DNA of 64,000 bases. Origin: Anthoceros angustus. Its lineage: Eukaryota > Plantae > Anthocerotophyta. Under the pieces are notes generated by a model, which had not been told where the DNA came from, did not search any database, and saw only the letters and a list, made by a program, of their open reading frames with translations. Positions 51,177-64,000 of this stretch are shown piece by piece (position 1 is the stretch's first letter; each line of letters opens with the position of its first letter). The position numbers and the translations under genes are program-made. The DNA is taken from positions 2,170,001 to 2,234,000 of the forward strand of contig VJWM01000025.1 in assembly GCA_010909165.1 (NCBI GenBank), given 5' to 3'.

Positions 51177-52527
51177 TCAGGTTGGAACGACTTCTTCCAA
51201 GGCCTTCCACAGCGCCGGGTCATTGAAATTCTTTACGATGAGTGAAGCTCCAGCGTCCAGAAGAACTGACTCAGGATTGCCTGTAGTCAGGCCTACCACA
51301 GCAAGGCCTGCTGCAACTGCGGCTTTCAGTCCAGAGGGAGAATCCTGCAGGGGAAGCAAGGGCAGTAAGTAACACGACAGCACTGTTACAAGTTTTCAAA
51401 GACCTGAGTTTTTGTACAAAGGGACGTGACCCGGATTTGAAACCTCATGAAGAAAACAACAAGCTCCTCTTACCTCCAGAGCAAAAGCCTCATCAGCCGA
51501 GACGCCAAAATGGTTCAACGCCTTCAAGTACGGGTCAGGGAAAGGCTTCACATGTTCGCAATCATCACCAATCACCACAAGCTGGAAAAAATCAGAGAGA
51601 CCCGCTGCTGCGATCATCTGCTTCGCATTTTCACTTGGTGCATTTGTGACAGCAGCACGAAATAGCCCATGCTCTTCAACCCACTTCCGCAGCCTGTCAA
51701 GACCTTCCACTGGCTTCAAACTCTCGGCTGCAAGCCTGTAAAAGAGATCAACAAAAATTAGACGATCACTTTTTCTAGACAATGGACGTTTCTAGACAAT
51801 GAACGGTGACTCGCCCACTGCAAAGCTTGCATAGGAAAAGAAGCTCACACCTGCGGAAGTAAACCTCCTTCCCATCCAGGAACTTCTCTTTCTTCGCTTC
51901 ATCCCAGTCAGGAAACAAGGCAGCACCAATATCACTGTTGTGCTTGCCGGTGATATACTTGAGGTAGAAATCATGGTCTATGGGAACTCCACCTTGGAAC
52001 CCAATCTGCCATTGCACGATAAACAATTACAAAGGTTCCGTGCCATGCATGCTACTTACTATCCCTTCATCCCTGAACGCCATCAAGCATAACCTAGGCG
52101 GGAGTGAAAGCAAGCCTCGTATATAAGGACAAAAGAGGGAAGGTAACCTGCAGCAAGGTGTCCTGGAAAGCCTTGAAATGAATCGGATCGGAGTCCACCA
52201 GAGTCCCATCCACATCAAACAAAACTGCCCGCAACTTCTTCACGGGGGGGAGCGGTGAACCCATAGTTGCTGTATGTTACAGACCCACAAACACTCAGCT
52301 AACCATGTGATGCAGCAGACGACATCCAAGTAAGAAGACAGGTATGAAAAGCAAACTGCATGCATACCACTGCCTTCTGTTACTGAAGAGAAGCAGGCAG
52401 CCCTTTGGGCACGAACCCTTTTAGCAGTCTCTTCAGCCCTCTGTGCACGAACCCTTCCACCAGCGGGACCGACGCTGCTGCAAGCACGAAACCGCAGAAA
52501 CCGCTCGGATGGAAGGGCTAACAGCAT
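51177..52527 (-). CDS. SGPP: HAD-like sugar phosphatase (SGPP-like) with probable transit-peptide exon
   Basis: AVLFDVDGTLVDSDPIH, RAAVTNAP, KPFPDPYLKAL, EDSPSGLKAAVAAG. Confidence 0.9.
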
Positions 52528-53687
52528 GCTCCCACCTAATTCTTCACCACACAAATACCGTCAGCAAATGTGCATGACAGCTGAGGGGCTTCGCCATAGT
52601 TTCCAGCCGCCAGGTGCTCTTAGGGTTACCAACCTTCTGTGGCGGATCGGATGAGAAGCATGTGGCGGCCGGCAAATGACATACAGCCTACAACTATAGG
52701 GCACTGGATCAGCCCTCCTGTCACTTTCAGCTTGAAACATCAGATGACTTGGAATAGTTGGGATATCCCCATGTTTCCCCTTCAGGAAGGTCGATTGCAA
52801 TTCAGAGGACTTGAGTTTGGCCATGAGTTTCAGCTACGTTAAGCCTCGCCCCAACGACCTCCTGTCCTGAAAATGCCTAATCTCTGCAGGCAAGCGTCCG
52901 GGGACCCACGATAACATCGACGCAAGTACCTCCAGCCGCTTGTGGAGCTTTCAATGCACGCAATGAGTGACATATGAGGGAGCGAGATATTTGTCCTGAA
53001 TCACTCTTATTGGTGTGAAACCGACTCACCGGTTTACCAAAACATAGATACTTCAAAGCTGGACTAGACCTACGTACATAACCCCGGACATGTTTTTTTT
53101 GGAATCCTAGTCTATAGGCATCATTCAAGGTCACGAGTACATATATCCATCGTAATTCACCGCAATTTTCTTGGTTCACTTGGAACTTCTTTATCACTCG
53201 GCTCCACCAGTAGCATTAGTTAAAGGAGTAGATCTCATTATGGATCCTTGGACTCTTGCCTAGGTGAATTAGTATTTTGAGAGTGAAGATTGGGGTGAGG
53301 CTTAACCAATTTAGACGAGTTCCTTTTATTTAATTATAATTAATTAAATACAAATAAATTACCCTATTCTTGTACAATTCTTTTCTTCAAAAAAATCGAG
53401 GTCAATCAAGTCGGAGTCTCTTACAACCATGCTTGTCATGGTGGCAATCGTAGCGAGTTGTAAACTCTAACGTGTTGGTTGGTGACAACATTCCCTTGAA
53501 AAAGTTGGAGCTCCAATCTTGGTGCGTTGTAACTTATTATTCTTGGACACACAATACATTTTAACCATGGCTACCTTACGCCGCTTCTTTGAAGCGGCCA
53601 TGCTAAACTTTAACCAACTACCATTCTAGTTATAGTAACTATTCGTTTGCAGTGCTTCAACCAGCATGTGTCCCGGCCGTTTAAATC

Positions 53688-55400
53688 TTTTTTTCATGAA
53701 ATCACGGCTCATTTATATTAGAAAAGTAAAAGACCAAGAGAATACAAAATAAAACCTTTGAAAGCCAGCTTGAAACTAGAAGTTCAAATACTAGTCTTGC
53801 AGCATAATGAATGACTGAGATCCGCAAAAGCCACGTTTTCTCTAAATTGAGTGCATTTCAGTAGCGAATGTTGTCCTACATGGAAGCCAAAAGGCTCAAT
53901 AATAAGGTCTCCATCTACTAGATATTTTATTTGTATTAGGGTTGTTGCCGAGAGCTCACTACCAATGTTCTATCGGTTGTTCTTCTCATCCCACTGAGAA
54001 AGCTGCATCAGTTTAATTTGCTAGAGATCACGATTGGAGAAGGTTGTCTTGATCAAACCTTGCAGGATGCTTCCATCATCCGGTTGGAGCCGCGAGGTGA
54101 GTATGTTGAAGAAGAAATCGCGTCTGTTCCACAAACTGATGCGGACCCCAACACGTATCACCGTTACGTGCCTTGGCCAATTTCCAAGTAACAAGCTGTT
54201 CAATTCTTGTGCACCAATTTGTGATATTGGAGAAACACGAAGAGCCTCAGGGACTTGAGCAAAGAGATGATTTTATGTGCTGCCACATCGATCAAGCAAT
54301 CCAGTTCTGCATGAAGGCTGAAGAGCTCCGCCAGGTCATCGTAAAGAGTCACAAAATCTTGCCCGTCTATGAGGTGTGGTTCTAATATCTCCTCCTTCCT
54401 CTTCGAAACCTAAGGATAAGCACAACACGCTGTGCATGACCAGTTTTCCAATTCTCGCTTAGTCTTTGCAAGATCAAAAGGTTCATCTTCAATTACAAAT
54501 GAGTGAACATGTATTTTTCTTCGCAGAGTTGTATTTTAACTATGCTCACTGGTTTTTGAAAAGCATGCTAAATTTGGAAAGCCAAAGAAGAACTCCATGA
54601 GACCCATTTATCCTATGAGATCTCGTGTTCTATACTTACTTGGATCATTGTATGCCTCTGAGCCATATTTTCATGCACAAAGTTCTTTATTACTATCATC
54701 TTTTTTTATCGATGAATGGAGCGAATTTGAGCTCAAATAGAACATCAGCTAGACATAGCTTGAGTCGCATTTTAGAGGCTTGTCATGGTCATAGACTTAT
54801 AAAAGCGTATTCATGTAGAAGTGATACTGAGGTAAAAGTAAATGTATTTGGAACCAAGTGAAATAAGATTAGAGGTTAAGATTTTTAGCTTTTATACAGG
54901 AGAAGAAGCCGCTCTATCATTAGCTATAAGTTGCTCGTTTGGAGAATCAATTTTAGCAATAATTCGCCAAAGGACGATAAGTGCTTGGAAGTTCCAGCCA
55001 TTAGTGACGTCTGTGACTCAGAGGCGATGGTTGCGTCCTCTAGCGAGCGCTTCAAATTTGGAGATAACTGTGCTTCAGGTACTCCGGAACATTGTTTAAT
55101 CTCTTCGACAACTTTGGTGCTGCAAGCTGATAGAAATTATAGTTTTTATTATTCAAAATGCACCATCTCCGTTTGTTCCAAAACTTGGAAGTTTGAATCA
55201 GGATGTTGCCGACTTCACTGAAAACATTATCGTTTGGTGGAAGAGGAAACCGTACGGCGCACGACTACAGGATACATATATGTCTTGATGTGCATTCTCC
55301 GGGCAGTATGACCCTCCGTATTTACCAGGGCTTTCATTGCAACCCTTCACGGGTGCTTCAAACCCAAAGCGCGCAAATCCTTAGCCCGCAGTTGTTCGAC
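53688..55400 (-). mobile_element. Decayed L1-type LINE 3' portion
   Basis: Minus strand ends TAATATAAATGAGCCGTG..GAAAAAAAAG (LINE-like 3' end with A tail); weak relics of the zf-RVT region and LWNRR..FFFN; no intact ORF. Confidence 0.45.
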
Positions 55401-57087
55401 AAGTAATCGACAATGGCAAAATGCATATAAAACTTGAACTCTCCTTTCAACCCACGTCTTCAATATATGGAGGAAGGCATGGTATTCTCCTTTGCTTTTA
55501 GTTCACCAAAATTCATAAAATCCTTTCACATGGGAAAACAAGAAAAAAACCTCAAGTCTTTAATGAAAACAGCCCACACATTCCCTCCTACAGATTTATA
55601 GCTATCACCAGCTACCTGGGTATGCAGCGAACTTTGCATGGGTGATCCTTCCAAAGTGGTAGTGCGATGCAGAATCTATATTTGGATGCAAGTCGAAAGG
55701 ACAAGGACGATAGTTTCGTGTCTGGGGAGAAAAGGGGATCTCATAAAAACTCGTGGGTGGGGACAGGAGGAAATAATTTGAAAAGTGGTAGCGGTGCTGG
55801 AAGTGCGGATCCAGAGAGGCCGAGCCTGAGCCTGAGCCAGAGGCCGAAGAAGCGCGGCCACCAATATTTTTCATTTTCATAATTCGGGATCGAGAGCGCG
55901 ATCGGTCGCTGCAGCTGCCACTACGAGCAACGGCTAAAGCAAACCATCTTCGCGCAGCACCTCGACGCCGCGCAGCGCAAGGCCAGCAGCAGCGGGAGGC
56001 ATCGCATCGCATCCCATCGCAACGCAACAGCGCAGGCTCAGGCCAGCAAGGGAGGGAGGGAGGGAGGGAGGCAGGGCGAGGAGCAGCAGCAGCAGCAGCG
56101 GCGGCGGCAGATCAGTGTCCCGCCATCTCCAGGCAGCGGCACCGCCTGCCGCCATTCGAGATTGGCGGCGGAGAAGCAGCAGGCTCCCGGGAGGCAGGGG
56201 AGCGGTAGGAGAGGCGGGGCGGCCGGCCGCAGCTCCTGGGGCTGCCGTCGGATTGGCGGAGGCAGGGGATCCGCATTCGCGGCCCTGCCCGGCCGGGATT
56301 CCGGATTTTGAATGCAGGCTGGAGGAGGTTGGGATTGGATTAGATTGGATTCGAGGGCGGCGAGGAGGCGCCTGGGCCCGGATTGGGAGGCCGGGGCGGG
56401 GCGGGGCGGTGCAGGGGATGTGTGGCCAGCCGGCCGCGGAATCGCGCAGGAGCCGGAGCCGGAGCCATGCCCGTTGCCAGGTGCTTGCCACCCCAACCCC
56501 GCCTCTGTTTTCCAATCCTCCGTCTGATTCTGTCCGTGACAGGCGTCCCCGTTCCGGGTGCGGGCTTGCAACTGCGTCCGGGAGGAATGGTAGGGGCGGG
56601 CATCCTGCAGCTGCAACTCGTGAGCAGCACGGCGAGCTGCGGCGGCTGCCGATGCCGATGCCGCTGCCGATGCTGCCGCCGCTGCCTGCGGTTATGCCTG
56701 GACCGGGGGCTGCCGACCCGGGGGATGTTGCGCATTCTCGATGGTCCTGACCTAATCGCACCGCTTGTGAGTCGCTTGTGAGGGGCGGTGTGGTGGAGGC
56801 AGAGTCCTGGGAGCAGCTGGTTTAGGTTTTTGGTTTGTTAGTGGGGTGTGGAGATGGTGGGGGTGGCAGGAGGTTTGTGCGGCTGCCTTGCTTCGCGTCT
56901 GATTTTTAGCATGGCGGTCTTGCAGGTGCTCAAGATTCGGTGACATTTCGCTGGCGGTGGTAGAGGAGAGTTAGGATTTGCAACAGAGATCTCGGTGGTC
57001 GTGGTGGTGCTGGCGAGGGAGGCAGAGGATGCCAACAGTCTCGTAGCTATTGGATGTCGATGGAATGCCTGAGAAGAAGCTGATAGC

Positions 57088-60000
57088 ATGGGTCTTGCCC
57101 GTGACACAGAAAGAGCTGCTGGCACAGGCACCTCCCCGTCTGGCAAGAGCAAGTCACATGTGGTACGGCGTTATTTGGAGAGGGTGTGCAGATGCCTCGG
57201 TTTTCACGTCCTGTTGCTTCCCAGGTAGAATCGTGTTTGCCTGGACACGATGTAGGATGTCTGAAGTCGTGGTGGGTGCAGGGAGAGAATGTGTTGCGGC
57301 TTCTGGCATGGAGAGAGATATCTCCGACAGTGAAGCGGCCCCTTAAGCGGTTGTGGGGAGATGCAGCGGCATGGAGTGTGGATTGTAGGGGATCCATGCG
57401 AGAAGGGACAGATGCTAGGCTTGGACTTATATCCTGGTATGCGCCTGTTTCTTTTGCCGGTCTGGAGAGTCTGGCTCTCCCTTTGCCTGCAGCCTGAGTG
57501 AAGGCTTTGCTTGGGAATATGTAAAGGTGGATGGAACCACCTAGCGGCTGACAGCTCTCCTACTAAGCAAGGTTATTCTTTCAGGTTGGAGGCTGAGTCG
57601 TTGAGGCACTGCACAGCCAAGTATTGCCCCTTGCAACCAGCTCCTAGGTCGACTATTGCAGCAGCTTTCAGCCCTGATGGGAATACCCTAGCATCAACCC
57701 AGTAAGCATCTGGTCCCTTTCTGTGGCTGGGCCCTCGCCTGCACGAGCTGCCATACGTGTTTGTTACTCACATTTTGTGATCTGCTTGGTCTGCTGTGCA
57801 GCGGAGACCACACTGTGAAAATCATATGTTGCAGAACGGGGCACTGTTTGAAGGTCCTGAGTGGCCACAGGCGTACACCTTGGGTGGTGGGTAGCAGTTC
57901 ACTGCCTGTCGTTACTTAAGTAGTCATGCCTGTACTGAATGCCTTCCATCGAGCAACCTAGTACTCCTTGCACCTAGTAGGATTGTGCGCTACGGATGCA
58001 TACTGTTTCTAAGTAACACGGTTACTGTCCAGGTACGATTTCATCCCAGCAGTTCTGATGTGATTGCAAGCGGGAGTCTGGACAATGAAGTTCGGCTATG
58101 GGATGCGAACAGAGTTGAATGTTTTAGTTCTCACGACTTCTGTGAGCCCTACATGCTCTAGTGTTCCCTATTGATTTGGCAACTGTGTGATCGCATACAA
58201 GCTGACTGATCACTCGTGTATCTCTGTCACAGACCGACCAATTGCCTCCCTTGCATTTCATGCTCAAGGAGATCTTTTGGCTGTGGCTTCTGGACACAAG
58301 GTAGAGAGTGGGAACCTTTTGCTGCACATTTCACCTGATAAGGTTGCAAGCTTGACACGAGGGCGTCATCTTAGCCTAACACTCTTGGCTGCAGTTGTAT
58401 ATATGGCAGTACACCAAGGATGGGGCTGCTTCAAATCCTATTATTGTGCTTCGCACCAGACGGTCTCTTCGAGCGGTTCACTTTCATCCCCATGCAGCAC
58501 CCCTGCTGTTAACTGCTGAGGTACATTCATTTGGCACCTTGAGCTCTATTTGCTTTTCTTCCTATTATCGTGTGGCGTGGAATAAGACCTTAGTAGAACT
58601 TGGATGTTTTGTGCAGGTCAATGAGCTGGACTCCCCTGATTGTCCTATGACGCTTGCCACTACACGGGGATATTTGCATTATGCTCCTCCAGCAATACAT
58701 TTTTCCATGAACCCTAAATATGCCAAGACGAAGGACTCTGCATCGCCGTCTGATCCTCTGCAAGCTGGTGCAACCTGCACAACAAATGCCCAACCCTCCG
58801 GTCCTGTCCCAAACTGGCTCTGGCAAGGATTTGGGGATGGTGTTCTACCTGTGGGTCCGTCTGAGTCGTCAGCTGCGCAGCCACCCTTGGACGCACAAGG
58901 CGCAGAATTATTTAATGTTGCTGTGAACAACTTGATTCGAGATGCCAGTGTACAATTGCTACCTGATCAGTATTCGACTCAAGTGCCCATGGATGTTTCT
59001 CCCAGAGTATCTGATGAGGAGTTTGATGATCTGGCAATGATTGCGGATGAGGTTGATATGAATGGCGGTGACAGTAACATGCTCATGGCTGAGGCCTCCA
59101 ACATAGAGGAATCAGGCGATAATGGATTGTCACGAGCACAGGCGGACTTGTCACATGCAAGAGAAGGACAGGATTTGGCTGGAGACCCAGGCAGAAGCAG
59201 CCCTACAGTTGTTGGAGCGCCCTGGGACCCTGCTGGGCCTCTTTTGCTTCCACCTTCTGCTCCACAGGCTGACGAGTTTGAGGTTGGACCAAGTACAAGG
59301 GTACCCATTATTCCAGTTGCTCACAGGCAGGTTGATGCTAGAGGATCTGGGCCAGGACCAGGCATCTGGCCGGTTAACGCGTTTGCCAATCTCACTCCAC
59401 AGGGGGTCACTGGATTTGGTCCTCAACTGCAGCAATTTCTACCAGTTGGGGACTACACAGGTTGGGAGCTACCATTCTTGCAAGGCTGGGTCCAAGGCCA
59501 GGCACAAGCAGGATTAGGTCAGCAGGCTGTACCAAATCCTACGGAGCTCAGAGTCTCGCAGCCACAGCAGCAGCAATTAGCGACGGTTGCTATGGCAGCC
59601 ATGACTGCTGCAAGGGCTGCAGCAAGGAACATAGCTGCTGCTGGGGTAGGTCTGGCTACTGGTGGGCTGGTAGCTGGGGCACCGAGCAGTGCGGGTGCAT
59701 CTATACGGATCAATGTCACCCAAGGAAACAGAGGAGGAAATGTTCCCACCTTGGGTGTGGCTGAGGCGGCTGCTGCCCAAGCTGCAGCTTTGGCGGCAGC
59801 AGCAGCAGCAGAGGTCCCCTGTACAGTAAAACTTAAGATCTGGCCGCATGACATAAAGAGACCAAGTGCACTTCTTGATCCAGTAACTTGTCGCTTAACT
59901 ATCCCCCATGCTGTCTTATGCAGGTGAGTGAATCACATCTCAGTTTTGGAAGTCCTGTGTATGTAATCATGCATCCTGTGTCTTTCTCCACGGCAGAGGG

Positions 60001-61377
60001 CAACCTCATCTAGGATGGTTGGAGGAGGTTGATCATGCCTAGTTATGTTGTTTGTTGACAAGCGTCATCGGAGCAGTGAGAGTTGCATGTGTTTCTGCAG
60101 CATGTCATTGATCTCTTTGTCCTGTTTGCTGAGCAGTGAAATGGGTGCACATTTTTCGCCATGTGGGCGTTTTTTGGCTGCTTGCGTGGCATGTGTTTTA
60201 CCACTCATGGAGCCTGAGACCCAATCATCGAGGGCAAATGTAGTTGGTTCACCTGATGCAGCCTCTGCTCAGTCTCCCACACAGCATCCAATTTCTGCGC
60301 AACAAGTTATTTACGAGCTTCGTGTCTATTCCCTCGAAGAGGCAACGTGAGTTTGTAGAGTCATGCCGTCTTTTTTTGGAGGTGGCAGTGAATTGCCTCT
60401 TCAGGTTGCAAGTTACTAATGTGAGAGACCTGCTTTTGCTGATTGTTACCGTACCTCTTTGATGTCATTGCCAGGTTTGGACAGGTACTGGCCTCACGAG
60501 CAGTTCGAGCCGCTCACTGTTTGACATCCATTCAGGTAGCTGGTTAAGCTCATTGCACGAGCCACTGGCAAATGAGATTCTGTCGCTGTGTGTTGCCTCT
60601 GGTTTTGTGTGCAGCCACTAAACTGGAACTGCTTTGGATTGGATTTTGTTTGCAGTTCTCCCCTACTTCTGCCCACATCCTCCTCGCTTATGGTCGCCGA
60701 CACAACTCACTTCTACGAAGTTTTGTCGTTGATGGAAACTCAACTATCCCAGTTTACACTATTCTGGAGGTGCACACCAGATCAATAAACTATCGTTGTG
60801 TGTGTGATCCCTGACCATATGTGCCCGGAGAAATGAATGTTGTATGAGTGAGAGCGCAGATAATAGAACTCAAGACGTAGATGGAAATGTTGGTGCAGGT
60901 ATATCGAGTTTCAGACATGGAATTGGTCCGAGTACTTCCGAGTGCAGAGGATGAAGTAAATGTGGCCTGTTTCCATCCACGAGTTGGAGGTGGACTTGTG
61001 TACGGCACAAAGGTATGGTGGTAGTAATATGCGTAGGCCTATACCTCGTGCCTGATTTGTGTCAGTCAGGAGTAAAGCCGACAACTGATTTCTTGCCCTC
61101 TTGACTATTGTAGGAAGGTAAGCTGCGAATTCTACGGCATGATCGGACACCGAGACATCCTAATGCTAGCAGCAGAAGTCTAGAAGATGAACTACTTGAG
61201 GTGAAACTTTCTGACCTGCTTTTGACAACACTGGCACTTGCACACACATCCCATAACACGTAGTCAGCATCGCGTTCCGGTCCTGACTGTTGTTGTTGCG
61301 GTCTCTTGCAGGCTGAAACATCTGATCCTCTGAGCTTCGGAATGGTTCCAAACCATGTCATCGCCACTCAGGGATGA
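57088..61377 (+). CDS. AMBRA1-like WD40 (transducin-family) protein, multi-exon
   Basis: VLRLLAWREISP, PRSTIAAAFSPDG..LASTHGDHTVK, GHRRTPWVVRFHP, PCTVKLKIWPHD, LTIPHAVLCSEMGAHFSPCGRFLAAC, AAHCLTSIQFSPTS, DEVNVACFHP; start codon tentative. Confidence 0.9.
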
Positions 61378-61713
61378 GCAGATGTCTCTCTGTGACGGCT
61401 AAAGAGTTGGAGCCTTAAACGCGAAGGTGTCGACGGAGTCTGCGTGGTCATACCGCGTCAGCATCCTTGTTTTCCTCTTGTGGAATATTGTAATCTTGTA
61501 GCGCAATGGTTACTGTACTTTTCTTCTGGTAGTGCAACAGCTTGAGTGTGTCTGTGTTTTCTGTGGCTTCCTGCCGCAGCTCGTTCCATCCTCCGTATCC
61601 TTGTTGGACCTTCCGCTACAGATTGACAGGATCGGCCTCCACTGCCTGAACATGCACAAACCACACTCTGAACGAGAGTTCCACATATCCAACGAAAGTT
61701 TACACGACTTATC

Positions 61714-62888
61714 CTACACTCTGCCGGACAACTTCCTGTGGAGGGCCTTGACAGCTTGTTTCGCCCCTGCCAGGAACAGGCGAATTAGTGGATGACGGGA
61801 AATCTCGAAGTGACGAATTTGTTTCTGCCCTGACTTCCTTCTCATCTGAAAGAAGCTCTTCATCATTTGAGAGCAACTGGCAGCAAGCACCCCACGCCTC
61901 ACGATCACGTCTGGATGAAAGGGATGGACCGGCCCTCCCGCATTGCTGATGTCAGGACAATCCTCACATCCAGACTCGTCACTCTTTCTGGGAAAGAGGC
62001 TGCAAACCAGCACAGATTATTAGACAACAAACCCTCTTCGCAGGAGCTTTTTGCAGGGCTTACTTCCAACCTGATCCAGCTGCCATCAGCACCCAGCAGT
62101 GTGTTCTTCGCACCCCACACAACCTGCCCTACCCGAGCCTGGAGCAGAGCTCCAGCGCACATAGGGCAGGGCTCCAGAGTAACGTACAGTGTCGAGTCCT
62201 GACAACAACAACAACAACAACAACAGAAGTAAACAAACAGGTGTGAGACACTTCGTCATACGTCACACAGCCCAGATGCTGCTGCCAACGATGCCAGGAG
62301 ACCATCATGACAGAGAGCCTACCAGCAGCCTCCAACCACCAAGGGCTATAGCAGCACGCTGGATGCACAGCATTTCAGCATGTGCAGTGGGATCACCCTC
62401 AGCTTCCACTCTGCACATTCCCCAGCTCCCTGTGAGATACCTTCGACTCCAGAACCGGCAAAGCTTCAATTCAATTCAACACAACACAACAGCATCCGTT
62501 CTGCACATGGACATTCCTCAGCTCCCTCCAACCTATCGCCACCGATTCTGCCATACCTATTAAAAGCTCGAGCCACGATTACACCTTGATGAACCAAAAC
62601 AGCGCCCACGGGCACTTCTCCAGCGAGAAAGGCTTTCCGAGCCTCCTCCAACGCCATTTGCATGTAGACCTCGTCTTCAGCATTTTGCTGCGAAAGATCA
62701 AGCTGCTGGTATCCTCTTTTCCCACCGCCTGATTTAGCACGTAACAGCCGGAGTGGTCCTCTGATAGTCCGGGGCATCTGGATTCTCTGATAGGCCGGGG
62801 CATATGCTTTGGTGCCATCCTGGCTTGTTCGTCTCCGCTGCATGCAGCAGCGCCTTGTCAAGTTCAGTGTAATGCACCCGGTTTCCAT
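61714..62888 (-). CDS. TADA: tRNA(adenine34) deaminase, TadA/TADA-like, multi-exon
   Basis: MALEEARKA..GEVPVGAVLV, DPTAHAEMLCI, LYVTLEPCPMCAGA, LLGADGSW, PVHPFHP, FFQMRRK; start uncertain. Confidence 0.9.
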
Positions 62889-63358
62889 ATTGCCATATCT
62901 GAACTCCAGTAACCAACAGCCTGGTACACCCAGTTCTGCGCATGCCCCAAGAAGTTGCTTTAGATTCCCATGCAGCAGTGTGCACCATCAAAATAACCAA
63001 CATCCTACTGTAATTTTATCGCCAGTCTCTCATATTTTACCACTATTTTTGCTGCGCCATCGGAAGGCGGACGCAGCCTTTGCAAAGTGGTGAAAGAAAG
63101 GCTTACGGACGTGGCCGCCAAGAAATCAGTGGACGGTCCTTCCTGGATTCGAGACTCCTAAAACTGGTGTGCCTCTAATTACATAATCACATTACTTCTT
63201 CTACGTCCCTGGAGCAAGGAAGAGGAGAGGGGAGGAAGGATTCAGGACTTCTTCCATTCCAGGGAAGAGAGGAAAATTCCAAGCAATCAAAGGAGTCTAT
63301 TATTAACAGAAGCCGTAACCAGAAGCATTGAAGGCCAAAGGCTAGGAACCAGCCACGC

Positions 63359-64000
63359 ATGGCCCAGCCCGATTCAACTCCCTCTCCTGTTCTCGGAGAA
63401 GGAGGTGGCCGTGGCCGTGGCAATGGCAATGGCATCAAAGTGGTGATGAAACCCGAGTACCAAGTGGCCGGCCCTGCGAAATTGCAGCCTCCGGCCAGGG
63501 ATGTGTCGCAAAGCCTCTTTCAACCTGACTTCGACTTTGAGCGACGCTTGGTTGCAGATTTAGAATTGGGTGCCGGGCAGGATGGTTCTGTCATAGCATC
63601 TGTGAGTGACTGGTACCATCTGTTTGCCGTTGTAGTTCTCTTTGGCTGGAGCTAAACTAGCTGAAGAATTCTCAGGCCGTGGCCGAAGATCCAGCAGTGG
63701 CTAGGTACGTCGAACTGGGCTTGGACAGAGAGGCCGTTGCCATGGCCTTAGCAACATTCGGGGACGTCCAAGATAAGGTCAGTCTTGGCCCTCGTACTGT
63801 GCTCTGTTGCAATTTTTTGATCGTAAAACGCAATTTCGTCTGATCACACAGAACTCTTCATTTTTGCAGGTTCTGGGTTTCTGCCCTTCGTACCTGTTGT
63901 TGCGAGAGATGGGCTTTCCTTCAGTAGCAGTTGCTGGAGCATTACGTCTGTATGACAACGACAGAGACAAGGCCATTGGACACTTCGTTTTGCATATCTT
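63359..64000 (+). CDS. UBA-domain protein (At5g53330-like), runs to the window edge
   Basis: GIKVVMKPEY, FQPDFDFERR, DPAVARYVELGLDREAV, LLREMGFPSVAVAGALRLYDNDRDKA. Confidence 0.8.

Noticed and set aside
55934-56781. Several 130-275-aa ORFs upstream of the WD40 gene
   Set aside because: GC-rich leader with GGGA/CAG/CGG microsatellites; low complexity in all frames
63043-63060. MAQQK* mini-ORF upstream of TadA
   Set aside because: Cannot distinguish a uORF from a homopolymer error at the true start; no supporting evidence

Overview
Eukaryotic, gene-dense land-plant genomic DNA with short (~80-200 bp) spliceosomal introns. The compactness and gene content suggest a non-seed plant such as a hornwort (inference, not demonstrable here). 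About 19 protein-coding genes are recognisable: GT43/IRX14-like, At5g41620-type coiled-coil protein, intronless chorismate synthase, a Crinkler-like REase-kinase pseudoenzyme, RTE1, MRT4, three chalcone-isomerase-like (CHIL) copies, prefoldin 4, PADRE/DUF4228, HDA19-like HDAC, a 9-exon arginine decarboxylase, an isochorismatase-family hydrolase, complex I subunit B12/NDUFB3, kinesin-10, SGPP-like HAD phosphatase, AMBRA1-like WD40, TadA, and a partial UBA protein. Also present: CRE-like and L1-like retroelement relics, a 1.28-kb (AT)n array, PPR pseudogene fragments and a ~2.46-kb tandem duplication. The most striking feature is that the complete NDUFB3 ORF lies 61 bp upstream of the isochorismatase ATG on the same strand and is bracketed by a splice donor, branch point and acceptor, so one transcription unit may yield two unrelated proteins depending on intron retention or splicing. 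The second is an inverted duplication of the CHIL last exon next to the CHIL array, a possible nascent hairpin small-RNA locus. Exon boundaries were read by eye and may be off by a few bases.
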